This document shows, in pieces, positions 49,604-62,381 of a DNA stretch of 64,000 nucleotides. The position numbers were made by a program, and so were the translations under genes. The notes under the pieces are model-generated. The model was not told where the DNA came from, did no database searches, and was given only the letters and a program-made list of their open reading frames with translations. The DNA lies in the NCBI RefSeq assembly GCF_011386835.1, contig NC_088801.1:10540001-10604000 (forward strand), in the 5' to 3' direction. The DNA comes from Chrysemys picta bellii. Its lineage: Eukaryota. Numbering within the stretch: position 1 is the stretch's first letter; the number at the start of each line of letters is the position of its first letter.

Positions 49604-52225
49604 AAAAAATGATTACCTACCTTTCGTAACTGTTGTTCTTCGAGATGCGTTGCTCGCGTCCATTCCATTCTAAGTGTGCATATGCCCACGTGCATAGTTG
49701 TCAGAGATTTTTGCCTTATCGGTAAATGTACGGCCAGCTGTGGTGCCCCCTGGAGTGGGATCGGTATATTAGGCGCTCATGGATCGGTATATTAGGCGCC
49801 GCCAGCCCTACACCCTCTCAGTTCCTTCTTGCCTGCAACTCCAACAAAGGAGTAGGAGGGCGGGTCATAGAATGGACATGAGCAACACATCTCGAAGAAC
49901 AACAGTTATGAAAGGTAGGTAACCGTTTTTCTTCTTCGAGTGCTTGCTCATGTCGACTCACAAGGCGTATCCATGGAGGTGGGCTCGGAGTTCACAGACG
50001 TGCAGCTTGCAATACTGCTCTACCAAAGCCAGCATCATCTCGGGCCTGCTGGGTAAGCACATAATGCGATGTACGTGTGTGGACAGACATCCAGACATAT
50101 AGAAGGCTAACGCCCTTCTGACATCCAGAGAATGCAACCTGCGCCTCTCCTCCAACTTAAGAGGTTTAGGGAAGAAGATAGGTAAGAATATGTCCTGACT
50201 CCTATGGAACTGTGAGACCACCTTGAGCAGGAAAGCAGCGTGCAGCCGCAGCTGGACCTCATCCTTGTAAAACACTGTCGGGCAGCTCAGAAGTGAGCGC
50301 CCTAATCTCAGAGACCCAGCGGGTGGATGTTATTGCAACCAGGAATTAAACCTTCCAGGAAAGGAGAAGGGGACAGCAGGAAGCCAGAGGCTCTAAGGGG
50401 GGCCCTGTGAGCTGCGACAGCACAAGATTCTGGTCCCACAGAGGCACAGGGTTCCTGACGTGAGAGTGGAGGTGCTCTAGGCCCTTGAGGAACCTGACCA
50501 TCATGTCCTGGGCGAAAACTGACCTGCCCTTGAGCAGAGGATGGAAGGCCGAAATAGCGGCCAAGTGGACCTTAACAGATGAAAGGGACAAACCCCGGAG
50601 ATTAAGATGCAGAAGGTAATCCAAGATGAGCTTGGTGGCTGGACACCCAAAATGGTAGAGTGGCTGTAGAATAAACCTTTCTGCCAAAGAGGTCCAGTTG
50701 TTTGGCATCTTTATTTTTCGGTGAGCTACTCACCTATCCATGCCTGTCCCTCTTGTTAACTGTGGACACAACTAGCGACCCCGATAGTGGGTGGGTGTGA
50801 AGATATTCAAACACCTCTGTGGGGACATAATACTTCTCTTCTGCCCTTCTGGACACGGGTGGAATCGAAGATGGGGTCTGCCACCGTGTTTAGAACCCAG
50901 GGATGGACAGGCAGCTTGATGTGGGCTGGGGTAGGAGACAACATGATGTTGAACAGGTCATCTGACTGCTCCGCCAACTCCTTGATTTCGAGGCTTAAGT
51001 TGTTAACCACGCTTTTAAAGAGAGCCTGGTGCTCCTTAAAGTCGCCAGGGGGACTGCCAGTCTGGGAGAGCCCCGCCACCCTTTCGTCTGGCGACGAAGA
51101 TGACGAGGGCATCGCAGGGGAAGGGGCAGGTTCCCTTTCCCTTTCTGGGGATGGCTCCTTGGGTGGTGGCCCGTTGTGCTGTCCCCACGATGGACTCCAC
51201 ACCCTGTTCCGAATCCAGTGCTGGCGGTGCCGGGAGGTTTTCCGAGGCAGCCAGGGAGGAGTGGTGGAAGCATGGAACCGGCATCATCGGTACTCCCCAA
51301 GGGTTCCAACACGGCCACTGGGCAGGCCGCTGGCCCTGCTGCCACCCTGCCGTGCTGGTCTCGCAGGCCGACAGATATTTGGACCCCTTTGGCGATGGGC
51401 TGAACCCTAGCTCCGACTCGGACCAGCCCCCTTCCGATGATCACAGTGGGGCTGTGGAGGCCTGCATCTGCCAACTAACCCTTGTCAGAGACCGGTGTCT
51501 AGCGGGCGGGGGTTGCCACCTGTCCCTCGAGCGGTACCGGGACAGCGAAGATTGGTGCCGCAATGGTGAGCAATTCCGCACTGGCGGGGACCGATGCATA
51601 GGAGACCGCCTAAGCGATAGGCGCCAGCGCCAAGGCGATCTTAGGCGGAAGACTGGCCGGTACTGGAAACGTGGTGCCTCAATTCCGGCATTCATGCCTC
51701 GTGGAAGGAGAGCGCGGTGCCAGGACCTGGGCCGTCTAGCCGGTGACCGAGGTTGTGGGACCGGGGTCCTAAGCCGTGGGGACGGAGACAAACGCCTGAG
51801 ATCCGGGGACCGATGGCGCTCCCCTGCCCTTTGGGGAGGTCCCATGCCCTTGCTTGCCCTTAGATTGCAGGGCCTTAGCCATGTCCGGTGCGAAATCTGT
51901 GGTGCCGGCAGGCCCACCAGCTATTTGGCTGCCTGGGCCATCTCGGGCGACAAAGGTCCCCATAGGGGCCAGGATCCCCTACTGCTCCCAGGAGTCGGAG
52001 TCACATCCCTGGCTGGTAGGGGGGTCTGACCATAGCAGTATTCCCCTGTAGCTCCAGGGCTGGCCCGGGGCATGAATTAGACCCTTTGCCCAGGGTCCCC
52101 TTCCCCTTCTTGGGCGCCACAACTGACCCTACGGATACCAGTAAGGCAAAAATCTCCGTTGACTGTGCATGCGGGCACGCACACACCAAAAATGGAATCG
52201 ACACGAGCAAACACTCGTAGAAGAA
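49604..52225 (-). mobile_element. Internally deleted DIRS retrotransposon (2.6 kb), ICR 49870-49959
   Basis: DIRS termini and ICR; ORF1 middle (GDFKEHQALFKSVVNNL); YR pieces (SSVKVHLAAISAFH, VVSQFH...LHSLDVRRALAFY); no RT or RH. Confidence 0.92.
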
Positions 52226-53931
52226 TCTATGATTTACTTTTTAAACATTGTATAAAATTCCATAGCAGGCATATAATTTTCTATTATATTTTATAGGATG
52301 GTCCAAAAAGTCTACAGAAAGACTATAATTTCCTATTAAATTTTACAGGACTTTTCCATCAGGGCAGTTCCCTCCTAAAAATCCACTTCTACTTTAAACA
52401 CCCTCGCATCTCATATCAGCATTACAATAGCAAAAACGTAGAAAGAATTAGATGAGTTCAGTGATGTCACACGACTTGCTCTTGTCCAGTTTGCCCATAT
52501 TGTAACAAATCTGGTGATGGTTCCACGAGGAAGCATGTCTCTTCTGTGATTTTCATTCATTCATTCATTCAGTACAGTAGGAAATCCTTTCTGAAACCTG
52601 AAGCTCTTTTACAAACAGCTCCAGCCCTTGAAAGAGCCATCAGATTTTGTGCGTGTTTTCATAGCACCTTGGAGGCAAGAGATTTGGGGTTTTTTTCATA
52701 GGCAGCACATCAGTTCCCAAAGGTGCCTTCCCGGTTCATCACTTTTTAAATATTGGTTTTCTCTTCAAGATGCAGCACAAGGAGTTATATTGATTAGCTT
52801 CCTTGCCAGATATTGTAAGATGCTAAGTAATAAATAATATTTGACAGTATCAAATATAAATTGTAACTGCAAATAAAATAGCAATGAAAAAAAGACAGTT
52901 CAAATTGTCAATAGCAATGCATAATTCTGGAGTGCAAGGATAATCAGGAGCCCCAGAATAGGAGCAGATACCCTACATTATTTGGGCAGAAATAAGTGAT
53001 GCAGAAATACACTCTTTATATAATTGGTACTGAAGTCATAATTCCACTGACTGCCCTGCAGCCACACACCAAGAAGCTACATATCAAAATACTGATGTTT
53101 TATTTGTATTTTTTGTTATCCCTTGGAAGGGAGAGTTGCTCTGCAAGGACCAGAAGTTGTGCTTCATCATGAGGACTTGCTGGTGATTTGTATTTCACAA
53201 GAGCTTTGTGTTCACCACCAGTGGAAATCTACCAGAACCCCTGTGTGAAGCTTCTCTGGTACCGTTTTAAAACGTACAAAAAAATCAATAATCCATGTCC
53301 CCAGCGGCATTGTAGGGAGCAGTAAGGGCAAGTCACAGAAATCTTGAAAGTCTTCAGAAGACCTTATCAATCTAGAACTTATAGGACCGTGGAGAGGTGA
53401 AGTTATTGATTGGATCTTCCAAGTTCTACACATAATGAAGACGCAGCTGCTTGGTAGATAAACAAGAACATGAATGGAAGGGAATGCTTGGGAGGATGAC
53501 TGTCCACTCTGATCTAACCCATCTTGTCTCTCAAACCTCATTATACTGCGGAAGTACAGTCTGGGATGTTCTACTCATTGAAATGTTCATAGGTGTCTGA
53601 AGGATACCTCCCTCCAGACAGCTGGAGTGTCAGAGGAATCTCTCTTCATTTCTCTTGGACCATTTACAAAGTGGGCACAACAAGACAGGCATGTGCTCCC
53701 TGCTAATTAACAATGCTGAGGACCCACCCCAAATTCAGAAATAAGTAAGAGTCTTGGAACTGGCAGCTGGACAGAGCAATACATTCTTTCAATCTGACTC
53801 AGACAACAAGATTCCATGGGAATTAAGGCTATCAGCAGGATGCGATTTGGGTAGATTAATGGTTTGGTTGATGCTGCCCAGAAAGGAAAAGCCACATTAA
53901 GATACAAATAAGATATATAGTTGTACTCTAC

Positions 53932-53976
53932 CTCCACAGTTCGTGCTCTCATCAATGCTCGAGGCCGGCAGGATCA
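53932..53976 (-). CDS. SEMA5B: SEMA5B 45-nt exon
   Basis: tttag|TG ILPASSIDESTNCG G|gtaga; phases 1/1 fit both neighbours. Confidence 0.92.
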
Positions 53977-54757
53977 CTAAACAAAGAGAAAGCATTGGGG
54001 AAAGTTGTCATTTTGCCAACAGTTGCAAATACCCCCTTTGCTCCCTGCAGAAGTTGATTGTGCATTCCACAGCAAGCTGCGGTCCTAAGTGGAGAGATTG
54101 GCTGACAACATGGAGCAAAATTTTACAAAGACTCTGTATAAACCCCAACGGCACAAAGGTGCAGCACAGAAAAGAACACTTAGAAGGGGTTCTTCAGTCT
54201 AAAATTGCTAAATATTTGCACAGGGGACTCAAATTCAACTGACACAAAGTCTCAGGTTCCAGGTGTTCATGAACCTCAACCTGTCAGCAAAACTACACCC
54301 GAAGAGCCATCAATGCCCTCTCCCCTCCCCACATCAGCCCTACAAGCCCAGACGCCTTGCCCCTGTGGGATGTTTCCCCTGAGGTGTCTGAATGAACAAA
54401 ATTCCAGTCGCCAACATTCACAAAACGCTAGGGTTCATTTAATTAACGCCTCATGAACTGCACCCTGCAGGGTTTAATGGCTCCAATTCAAATTAAGCAG
54501 CTTAATTTACTGTAACTATAAACAGCATTGCCTTATGGGAGAGCTGAGCTGCCACATCCATTTCATGCACAAGGTGCTGTATGTTACGGAGGGGTTTTTC
54601 GAAGAGGTCTGCAGGCGTGTGATACGCCATTGCCATGATTTCTAGTGGCATCCAAACGCCTTAGGCAGCTCTAGACATTGCAGCCTATGTTGACTGACAG
54701 TCATTCCTCCTAAGAGAAACCTGCTTTCCTTGCCCTGGGGGGCTATGCTGCACCTAC

Positions 54758-54907
54758 CGGGAATCTCGTTGTACAGGCAGTCTTGGTACTGCGTGCTGTT
54801 TCCGACGCACTGGGATGATTCTGGATTGTGCATCTCGCAGTAACGGCTGCGATACTGGATCCCGTCTTCGTTGCACAGGCTCCACTCTGACCAGTCCGAC
54901 CACCCAC
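54758..54907 (-). CDS. SEMA5B: SEMA5B exon, last TSP1 repeat
   Basis: tttaag|GT GWSDWSEWSLCNEDGIQYRSRYCEMHNPESSQCVGNSTQYQDCLYNEIP G|gtagg. Confidence 0.9.
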
Positions 54908-55751
54908 CTTAAACCCAACCAGTCTGAAATCAGGAATAACGCACACACAAGGCTGCCACGGTGGAGGGCAGGGGGAAGGACGACACCCATACGATCCCAA
55001 CTTCCCCAGTGTTTGGGGGCGTCTGAATCCTGATTCCAGTGCAGGCCCATCTCTAGTATGGCGCACAACAGGGAGCCTTCAGGGGGCTGGATTTAATTCC
55101 CTCAATATAATCAACATTACCACTGTGCAACCTAAGCGTCACGCTACTCCAGTGAGTGCAAAGCAGCCTGACGGCTGACTTAGCCAGCCCCAGAAGGAAA
55201 ACCCAGACTAGGGGGACCCTCCTGGGGCTCAGAGTGGGCATAAAGGCTCCTGGATCAGCCCTCTTCCTGTAGTGGCACAGAAGCTGGCTGGAGTTTTGTT
55301 CTAGCTGCCATAATGCCCTCGTGGGGGGCTGCTGGCAGTCAGCATAACTTACTGCAGCCTGAGGGCTGCTCTAATGTCCTACTAGCCACCAGCCCAGCAT
55401 GCAGCCAACTCAGGGTCAGGGGAGCATAAAAGTGGCTTCAAACCACCTCTGCACCCTTTTCCCATCTACCCGTCAAGTTGTGATGTGAGCTCCTCACCCA
55501 TTCTGTGTAGCACAACACAGGGAAGGAAAATCCCTTGTCACCTGCACAGGCTGCGACTTCGGAGACTTCTCTTGCAAATGTCTCTCCTCAAAACTGATCT
55601 GCTTTTTCAATTATTTTAAATGGATCAGCTATCAACAAGATTTTGGCTGGCTGGCTCTAGAATACCAGGCCATGCTCTAGTGAACAAGTTAAGAGGAAGG
55701 TGATGCATTTCATTTTAAGAATAGGGTGTCTATTCCTAAATAATCTGCTAC

Positions 55752-55922
55752 CTTTGCAGGCGTGTGTGTTGCAGAGCGCCTCCTCGGTGTGCAGGCCAAT
55801 GCAGATATCCTCTCCGCTGGACGGCGCTGGGTTGGTACAGGTGCGGGTACGCTGGTAGTGTCCTCCCCCGCAAGTTGCTGAACACTGAGACCAAGGGGTC
55901 CAGCAGGACCATGAACCTTTTA
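55752..55922 (-). CDS. SEMA5B: SEMA5B exon, TSP1 repeat
   Basis: cctcag|TA KGSWSCWTPWSQCSATCGGGHYQRTRTCTNPAPSSGEDICIGLHTEEALCNTHACK G|gtagc. Confidence 0.95.
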
Positions 55923-56409
55923 CTGAGGATCAGAAGAAATAAAAGAGAGAGACACACTGGCTTTTATTTCTCTTTCTCTGATGAACCTCGGGGGACCAAT
56001 TGAGTCTCGACCTCTTAGGCAGCCCAGCCCAACCTAACGAGCACTTTCTGTGCCACTAGGAATAGAGATTTCCTGGTGCAATGTCCATGCCCGACAAAGG
56101 ACAACTTAAACCAACAACGAGGTTAAATATGTTATATATACTCCATAGATGCTGAATCAAACATATCTGTTATTCAGCCAGAGGGAACCCTGTATCTTAG
56201 ACTGCTCTAAAGGAAACAATTCTTTTTCATGTTTCTTTGTTCTTACACATATAGAATATAGCCACGTTCATAATCTATTATTTATCTATTTCCTGACAAG
56301 GCCCACTTCACCTACGAGGAGGCTGAACTACCTAGATTTCTTGGAAACAAATAGCTGCTACAACCCAAACATTTTTAATGCAATAATTAGTCTTTGAGTT
56401 TGCGTAGAT

Positions 56410-56598
56410 TTCAAAGTGCTTTACTAACAGTGAGTCTCAGCACACCCTTGTGAGAGGTGTAGATCAACCCCTTTTACAGACTGGAGAACTGAAGCACAGA
56501 GAAGTTACTTGACCCGAGGTCACGCAGCCAGTCAATGGCAAAGCTGAGAATGGAACCCATAAGTCCGGGCTCACAAACCCATATTCTGGCTACTAGAC
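56410..56598 (-). mobile_element. MIR-like SINE
   Basis: ttttacagactggagaactgaagcacagagaagttacttgacccgaggtcac. Confidence 0.7.
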
Positions 56599-56969
56599 AT
56601 TCTTCCCCTTTTTCTCATATCCATGTTCCTTTCCTTTAAATGTGATTCAGTGCAACATATACCGGTATATTTATACACACAGAGAAAGAAGGAGGGAGGC
56701 ATAGATAAACCGATATAAGAACCATGCACTCAAAACAGTGTGCAATGAATCACTGCAAAAAGTAAAAAAGAAAAGCTGTGCAGGGTGCACAAAAGGGCAC
56801 AACCGTTAGTGAAAAGTCACTGGGATGTTCCAAAATAGGAGTAAAAGCCATCTTTGCAGAGTTCAAATTTTTAATTTTTATGGGCCACGTGGCTCAAATT
56901 TTGTCACTCTCATTGTGCTCAGACCATTATGTTCACATCTCTCCTGTCTAAAAATGGCAGCTTTAGCTT

Positions 56970-57091
56970 TAGGGTTGCCAAGCCTCCAGGACTGTCCTGG
57001 AGTCTCCAGGAATAAAAGATTGATCTTTAATTAAAGATTATTGTTGTAGGATGAAACCTCCAGGAATACATCCAACCAAAATGGCAACACC
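56970..57091. mobile_element. Short MITE with tagggttgcc-type ends
   Basis: tagggttgccaa ... atggcaacacc. Confidence 0.55.
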
Positions 57092-58160
57092 ATTTAGCTT
57101 CGCCTTTGATATTTTAAAATATAAGAAATATAATAAATGATACTGCTCATAATGATACTTAGCAGTTATAGTGATTTCACCCCTAGGGCATAAAGTGTTT
57201 CACAGGAAGTGGCTAAGTATTGTTACTGTTCAGTGGTGAAGTGATGGCTGAAATTGTTTCTACAGGGTGAAGAGGAGTGGAGTGGGGAGAGTCCATGGAC
57301 TACGAGTAAGGCCCTACTTAATTCGCAACACTGCGGAAATTGTGGATCCCACAATATTAGGCTTCCCCTGCAATGTTGACAGTGGGAGCCCCGTCCGAAC
57401 CGGTGGCCGACAGTGGAAGCCCCTGCTCTTAGCCCAGGGTTGCTGCTCTCAGCCCTGGGGTGCCGACAGCGGAAAATCACAGAAAGAATAATGGACCTTA
57501 TTACCACAAACCATAAGATCCATTACTACTTTGATACGATTCTCCATGGCTTGTCCGCAAGTCAGTAACAATTTTTTGACAATCATCCCGCAATTCAAGT
57601 AGGGCCTTCACTTTGAGTACTATTCTGGACCAGAAGTGCAACAAAAACACGAGGACAAACTCGAAAACCAGGTAACCTGGCACGAATACTCCCTGCTGGC
57701 CGTGCAGGAAATGCTAAGTGATGTCAGGAGGAAATGCCCATGGTGAATACAGTACATAAGCAGGAGAGGCGGGAAGTGTTCACACACAAAAATTGCCACA
57801 ACAAGCATCTCTATGCAGTAGTAACCCACATTTGTTGTCCTCTCACCGGGGTAAGGGCACCACACTGCCCTCTGTTGGATGGAGCACTATGCCTGCACAA
57901 GTGTGTGTTAGTCACCCTCTAGTGGCTAGAAAAATGGAAATTAAGCTACAGTGCTGCTCTCTAGAGCATGTTGGTACGTCGCTCTCTAGGGACGACAGAG
58001 GGCATAAGGCATAGCACTGAAGTGTGCATGTATCACAGGCTGCCCAAAGCTTATTTAAATACCTTCAAAAAAGTGATACAAGTTAAAAACAGACATTTAG
58101 AATTATTGAGTCTTCATGAGAAGAGCACATAATTTTGTGGCGGAAAGAAATTATTTTTAC

Positions 58161-58379
58161 CTGGGCAGGGATGTGGGTTACAATCTTGGTATTCCATTGC
58201 TGACCCCACGCAGGGGAGGCCACCATTTTTCGGCTCTGGGTTTGTGCATGTTCTCTTCCGGATCCGAAAGCCCAATTCACAGTCCCTGGAACACGATGAC
58301 CAGGCCCCCCAAAAGGACCAGCCCCCATTGATAATCCGTGCAGAGGTCTTACCAGTCTTTAGAAGATCGTCAACTAGAG
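58161..58379 (-). CDS. SEMA5B: SEMA5B exon, TSP1 repeat
   Basis: ttgaag|CT LVDDLLKTGKTSARIINGGWSFWGAWSSCSRDCELGFRIRKRTCTNPEPKNGGLPCVGSAMEYQDCNPHPCP G|gtaaa; RDCELGFR is SEMA5B-like rather than SEMA5A-like. Confidence 0.96.
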
Positions 58380-59139
58380 CTTCAAGAAGCACAAATAAGA
58401 CACAAAAGTGTTAATTTTGGGGCAGGGCTTTGGCTTGGAAACAAACTCATTCCATATTCAGGCTCTGGGGAGGAATTCTGTGGAAACTGCATCCCCCAGC
58501 GGTGCTGGAAACCCAGTGCCAACAGCGTGGCTCGACTGCTCCAGAGTGAAACCGAAAGGGAAATGCAAGGGAGCAATCTGGTTTCCCTGTGCAAACCCAA
58601 TGAAGTGAAAAACCAAACCCGCAATATCACAGGGGCAACAAACTGACGAGGGCCAGACTGGGCCTGAAAAGCACTGACCTGTGCCACAGGCAGCACAGAA
58701 GTTCTCTGCCCCATAGGCAGCACCAGGAGGATTTGTGCTTTCCCCTTGGGCCTGCAGAACACGCAGTGGGAGCGTACATGCCACACCTCGGGATGTCCCT
58801 CCCCGCTAGAGAGAACGGGTGAGGCTACACCCCCACCTGCAGCATCTCAGCCCCCTGCGGGCACTAGGAGGAAGCAGTCACTACACTCCCATAAGCACAG
58901 GGATTAAGACTGTGTCCCCTTGAGTGCAGGGGAACAAATGCTCCTTGCAGCCTCCCTGCCTGGTGCTCCCATGCTAGGGCCAGTGACAGTTGGGTCTAGA
59001 GACTCTTGCCATCCCTGCAGTATGTGATGGTGTCAGAGCACAGGTCAGCGTTTATTCCTGACTGCGCCCCCCTTTCACCACCACAAAGGATGCAAAGCAG
59101 AGCTTGGCCTCGGGCTCTGGGCGAGCCGGCGGGACGTAC

Positions 59140-59365
59140 AGTCGGTATCACAAACCGCCGAGCCGTCATTGGGGCAGAACCGACTCTCCGTCTTCTTCCT
59201 CCCAAACTGCAGCTCGTGAGGATCAGCCAGCTGGGCGCGGCAGGTGTAGCGGAAGCGCTGTTCTTGGCGGGCTCCATTCTGGGTGAGGTTCACGGGCATC
59301 CAGGGGGTCCAGGGCGTGTTTCTGCGCACCTCTGGGCAGCCCTCTGGATTGCAGGTCTTGTATTC
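59140..59365 (-). CDS. SEMA5B: SEMA5B exon, TSP1 region
   Basis: ggtag|EYKTCNPEGCPEVRRNTPWTPWMPVNLTQNGARQEQRFRYTCRAQLADPHELQFGRKKTESRFCPNDGSAVCDTD T|gtacgt. Confidence 0.96.
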
Positions 59366-60812
59366 CTACCAACCAGGAAAATCACTTCTCGTTACTCCCA
59401 ACTTGCTTAGGGATGAGCTTAATGACTATAACACGTCTGCAGCACAGCTAAGAGGCAGGAATTCCTTTACACTCAAGAAACCAGCACGAAAACACATGGC
59501 TCTAAGAAGGCATGCACCTGCATCACCCTGAGTGCTCCAGATACAATTCACCCCCATGCAGAAGGACAGCATGATCCAGAGGGATTAACTGGGAGTTAAC
59601 TGGTGCAGAGGCCTCATACAGGTCTTCGGCATGGGATGAATTTCACTCACTGACTTGTGGCCTATGTCTCCTTTCTTTGTTTTTGTTTCTTTGCCGATTG
59701 CAAGCTCTTCGGAGCAGGGAACAGGTCTTTGCACACATTTGGACAGTGCCTAACACATTTTGGGCAGGGCCACAATGCAAGTAATAAATGAAATAAATTA
59801 TACCAATAGTAAATCTCTGGCTGTGAACAGCAGTGGGACAATCCTGAAAGTTAAATCTACAGAAGCGCATGGCCCATCATTGAAGTAAAAGCATTAGCCC
59901 AATCTCCAGCACTTTATATTCCAGTCGTGGCACTGTTTACTTCTGAAGAGGCTTTTAGAAAACCTCTCTTTTGATTTGGGTTTCTGACATACACGGTGAG
60001 GGCGATGGGCCATATAGGTCCTCAGTCTAGGTCTGAGTTCCTACTGACATTTGTAGAGGTTCTGTATGGGTGGATAACATGGTGGTCCTGGATTCTGACA
60101 ACCCCATCACCACCATGTTACAGGATGAATTCCAATGAATAACACTGAGTTCCTGTTTTTTAAAACGAATAAGGGAATTCCTTCTGGCAAGGGGATAAGA
60201 ATATTCCTGCTTCAGGACTTTATATGACTCTAGAGTAGATGCCAAATGGCTTGTGAACAACATCAGAGGTCCCTGATCAAATCTGCTTACACATAGGAAA
60301 ATCCTTCATAAAGAAAAACCTTTCTAAAACAAACTAATTCAAAATAGTGTGCACCCATCAGCTGACAAACTGCGGAGAAATACAATGGAAATGTTAACCA
60401 GTGCATCACCGGCAGGCTGATTAAATACACCTTCTATTGTCAAATGCGCGTGAGGCCCATTTCTGTGGTATGTGCAGGGCTCCCGCTAACTGCAGGAGGC
60501 TCCTCCACGGGAGTGAGATGTAAAGGAAAAAAAACTGCTGGAACGCTCTCAGTTTCCCAGACAAGCGAGGGCAAAAGGCCTGATCGAAAGCCAACTGATG
60601 TCAGTGTAAAGATACCCCTCCCTCCCTCCACCCCGGAATCAAGTTCCATGAGCTTTGGCTACCTCCCAATATAGAATGAATCCACTGACCTACCATTCTC
60701 CCCATCTCGCCTAGCAGAAGTTGCTCCTGGCATTTTTTACTAGCACAAAAAATGAAAAAATAAACACGAGCTCCCTTGTAGGCTGAATACAATGCCAGTA
60801 AATAATACATAC

Positions 60813-60960
60813 CACAGCGCAGCCCGGGCAGGTGTTGCCATTCTCGCAGGACCTCTGCCTGGAATGTATCCCTCCACCACAATTCGCACTACATTTATTC
60901 CAGGGGCCCCACGAAGACCAAAATATTGGTAATGGGCATGGACTGTTCTCGTTGCAGAAT
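60813..60960 (-). CDS. SEMA5B: SEMA5B exon, TSP1 repeat
   Basis: tttcag|A FCNENSPCPLPIFWSSWGPWNKCSANCGGGIHSRQRSCENGNTCPGCAV|gtatgt. Confidence 0.96.
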
Positions 60961-61443
60961 CTGAAAGAGTGTGGGCAAAGCACATCAGAGAATCCCTGTC
61001 ACTTACTAGAGGCATCCGAAGGACAGAGGGATATGGGCTTTAAATGCCACCCCCAAAGCAGGATCACAGCCATTACATACGTTTTGGGTGAAATTCATGT
61101 GCCACCGAAGTCAAACTCAAGGGAAGTGTGGGCTTTGCTGGCATGCCACACAGGAGTGAATTTCACACTTGGCACTTCACCCAAGGTGGTTAACCATTTA
61201 GGGGGAGATTTGCTAACAAGCTCGGCACCCACAGTCAGGGGCACATTTTCAAAAGAGTTCAGCTCTCCTTTGGATAGCAAAATCAATCTGATAGATTTTC
61301 AAAAAAGCCATACCCCCAGCCCACATGTGTCATAATGGCAGACGCTGGGTGCTGAGCATTCTGGAAATCTGGTCCTTATTTTAGGTGCCTAAATGGGAGG
61401 GGAGCGCTTCAATCTGTCCCCAGTTACAGGTGCTGAGCCCTTG

Positions 61444-62381
61444 ATAAACTTTCGAATCGCACAAAACTAAATACCCTTGCCCCGCTCCTGCCCCGCCTCT
61501 TCTCTGAGGCCACACTCCCACTCACTCCATCCCCCCTCCCTCTGTTTCTCGCTCTCCCCCACTCTCACTCACTTTCACCGGGCTGGGGCAGGGGTTTGGG
61601 GTGTAGGAGGGGGCGAGGGCTCTGGCTGGGGCCAGAAATGAGGGGTTCAGGGTGTGGGAGCAGGCTCAGGGCTGGAGCAGGGGGTTGGGGTGTGGGTGGG
61701 GATGAAGGTGCTGGCTGGGGGTGTGGACTCTGGGGTGGGGCCAGGGATGAGGGGTATGGAGTGCAGAAGGGGGCTCAGAACTGGAGCAGGGGGTTGGGGT
61801 GCGGGAGCGGGTGAGGGTGCAGGCTCTGGGAGGGAGTTAGGGTACAGGAGGGGGTTCTGACCTTGGGCAGGGGGTTGGGCTGCAGGAGGGGGGTTCAGGG
61901 AAGGGGGTTCAGGGTGCAGGCTGCAGCTGGGCAGCGCTTGCCTCAGGCGGCTCCCCATCGGCGGCACAACAGGATTAAGGCAGGCTCCCTACCTGCCCTG
62001 GTTCCACGCAGTTCCTGGAAGCAGCTGGCATGTCCAACTCCTAGGCAGAGGGGCCAGGGCGCTCTGCACGCTGCCCGCACCTACAGGCGTTGCCCCTGCA
62101 ACTCCCATTGGCCACAGTTCCCGACCAATGGGGAGCTGTGGAGCTGGTGCTCAGAGTGGGGGCAGCGCATGGACCCCTCATGGCCGCCCCTGCACCTAGG
62201 AGCTGGACATGCCGTCCGCTTCGGAGAGCTGTGCGGAACCAGGGCAAGCAGGGAGCCTGTCTTAGTTCCGCTACGCTGCCAACCAGACTTTTAGTGGCCC
62301 GGTCAGCAGTGCTGACCAGAGTCGCCAGGGCCCCTTTACAACCCAGGGTTCTGGTCGAAAACCAGACACTTGGCAACCCTA
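61444..62381. mobile_element. GC-rich non-autonomous DNA transposon with degraded left end
   Basis: Right end accagacacttggcaacccta; interior shares the gggctctggggtgggg / ttcctggccaatggg-like modules seen at 13308-13871. Confidence 0.7.

Noticed and set aside
51100-52029. 309-aa plus-strand ORF
   Set aside because: Antisense to the low-complexity ORF1 region of the DIRS element; no recognisable domain
53160-53680. Coding-like stretch with a 109-aa minus ORF
   Set aside because: No transposase, integrase or exon signature I could support
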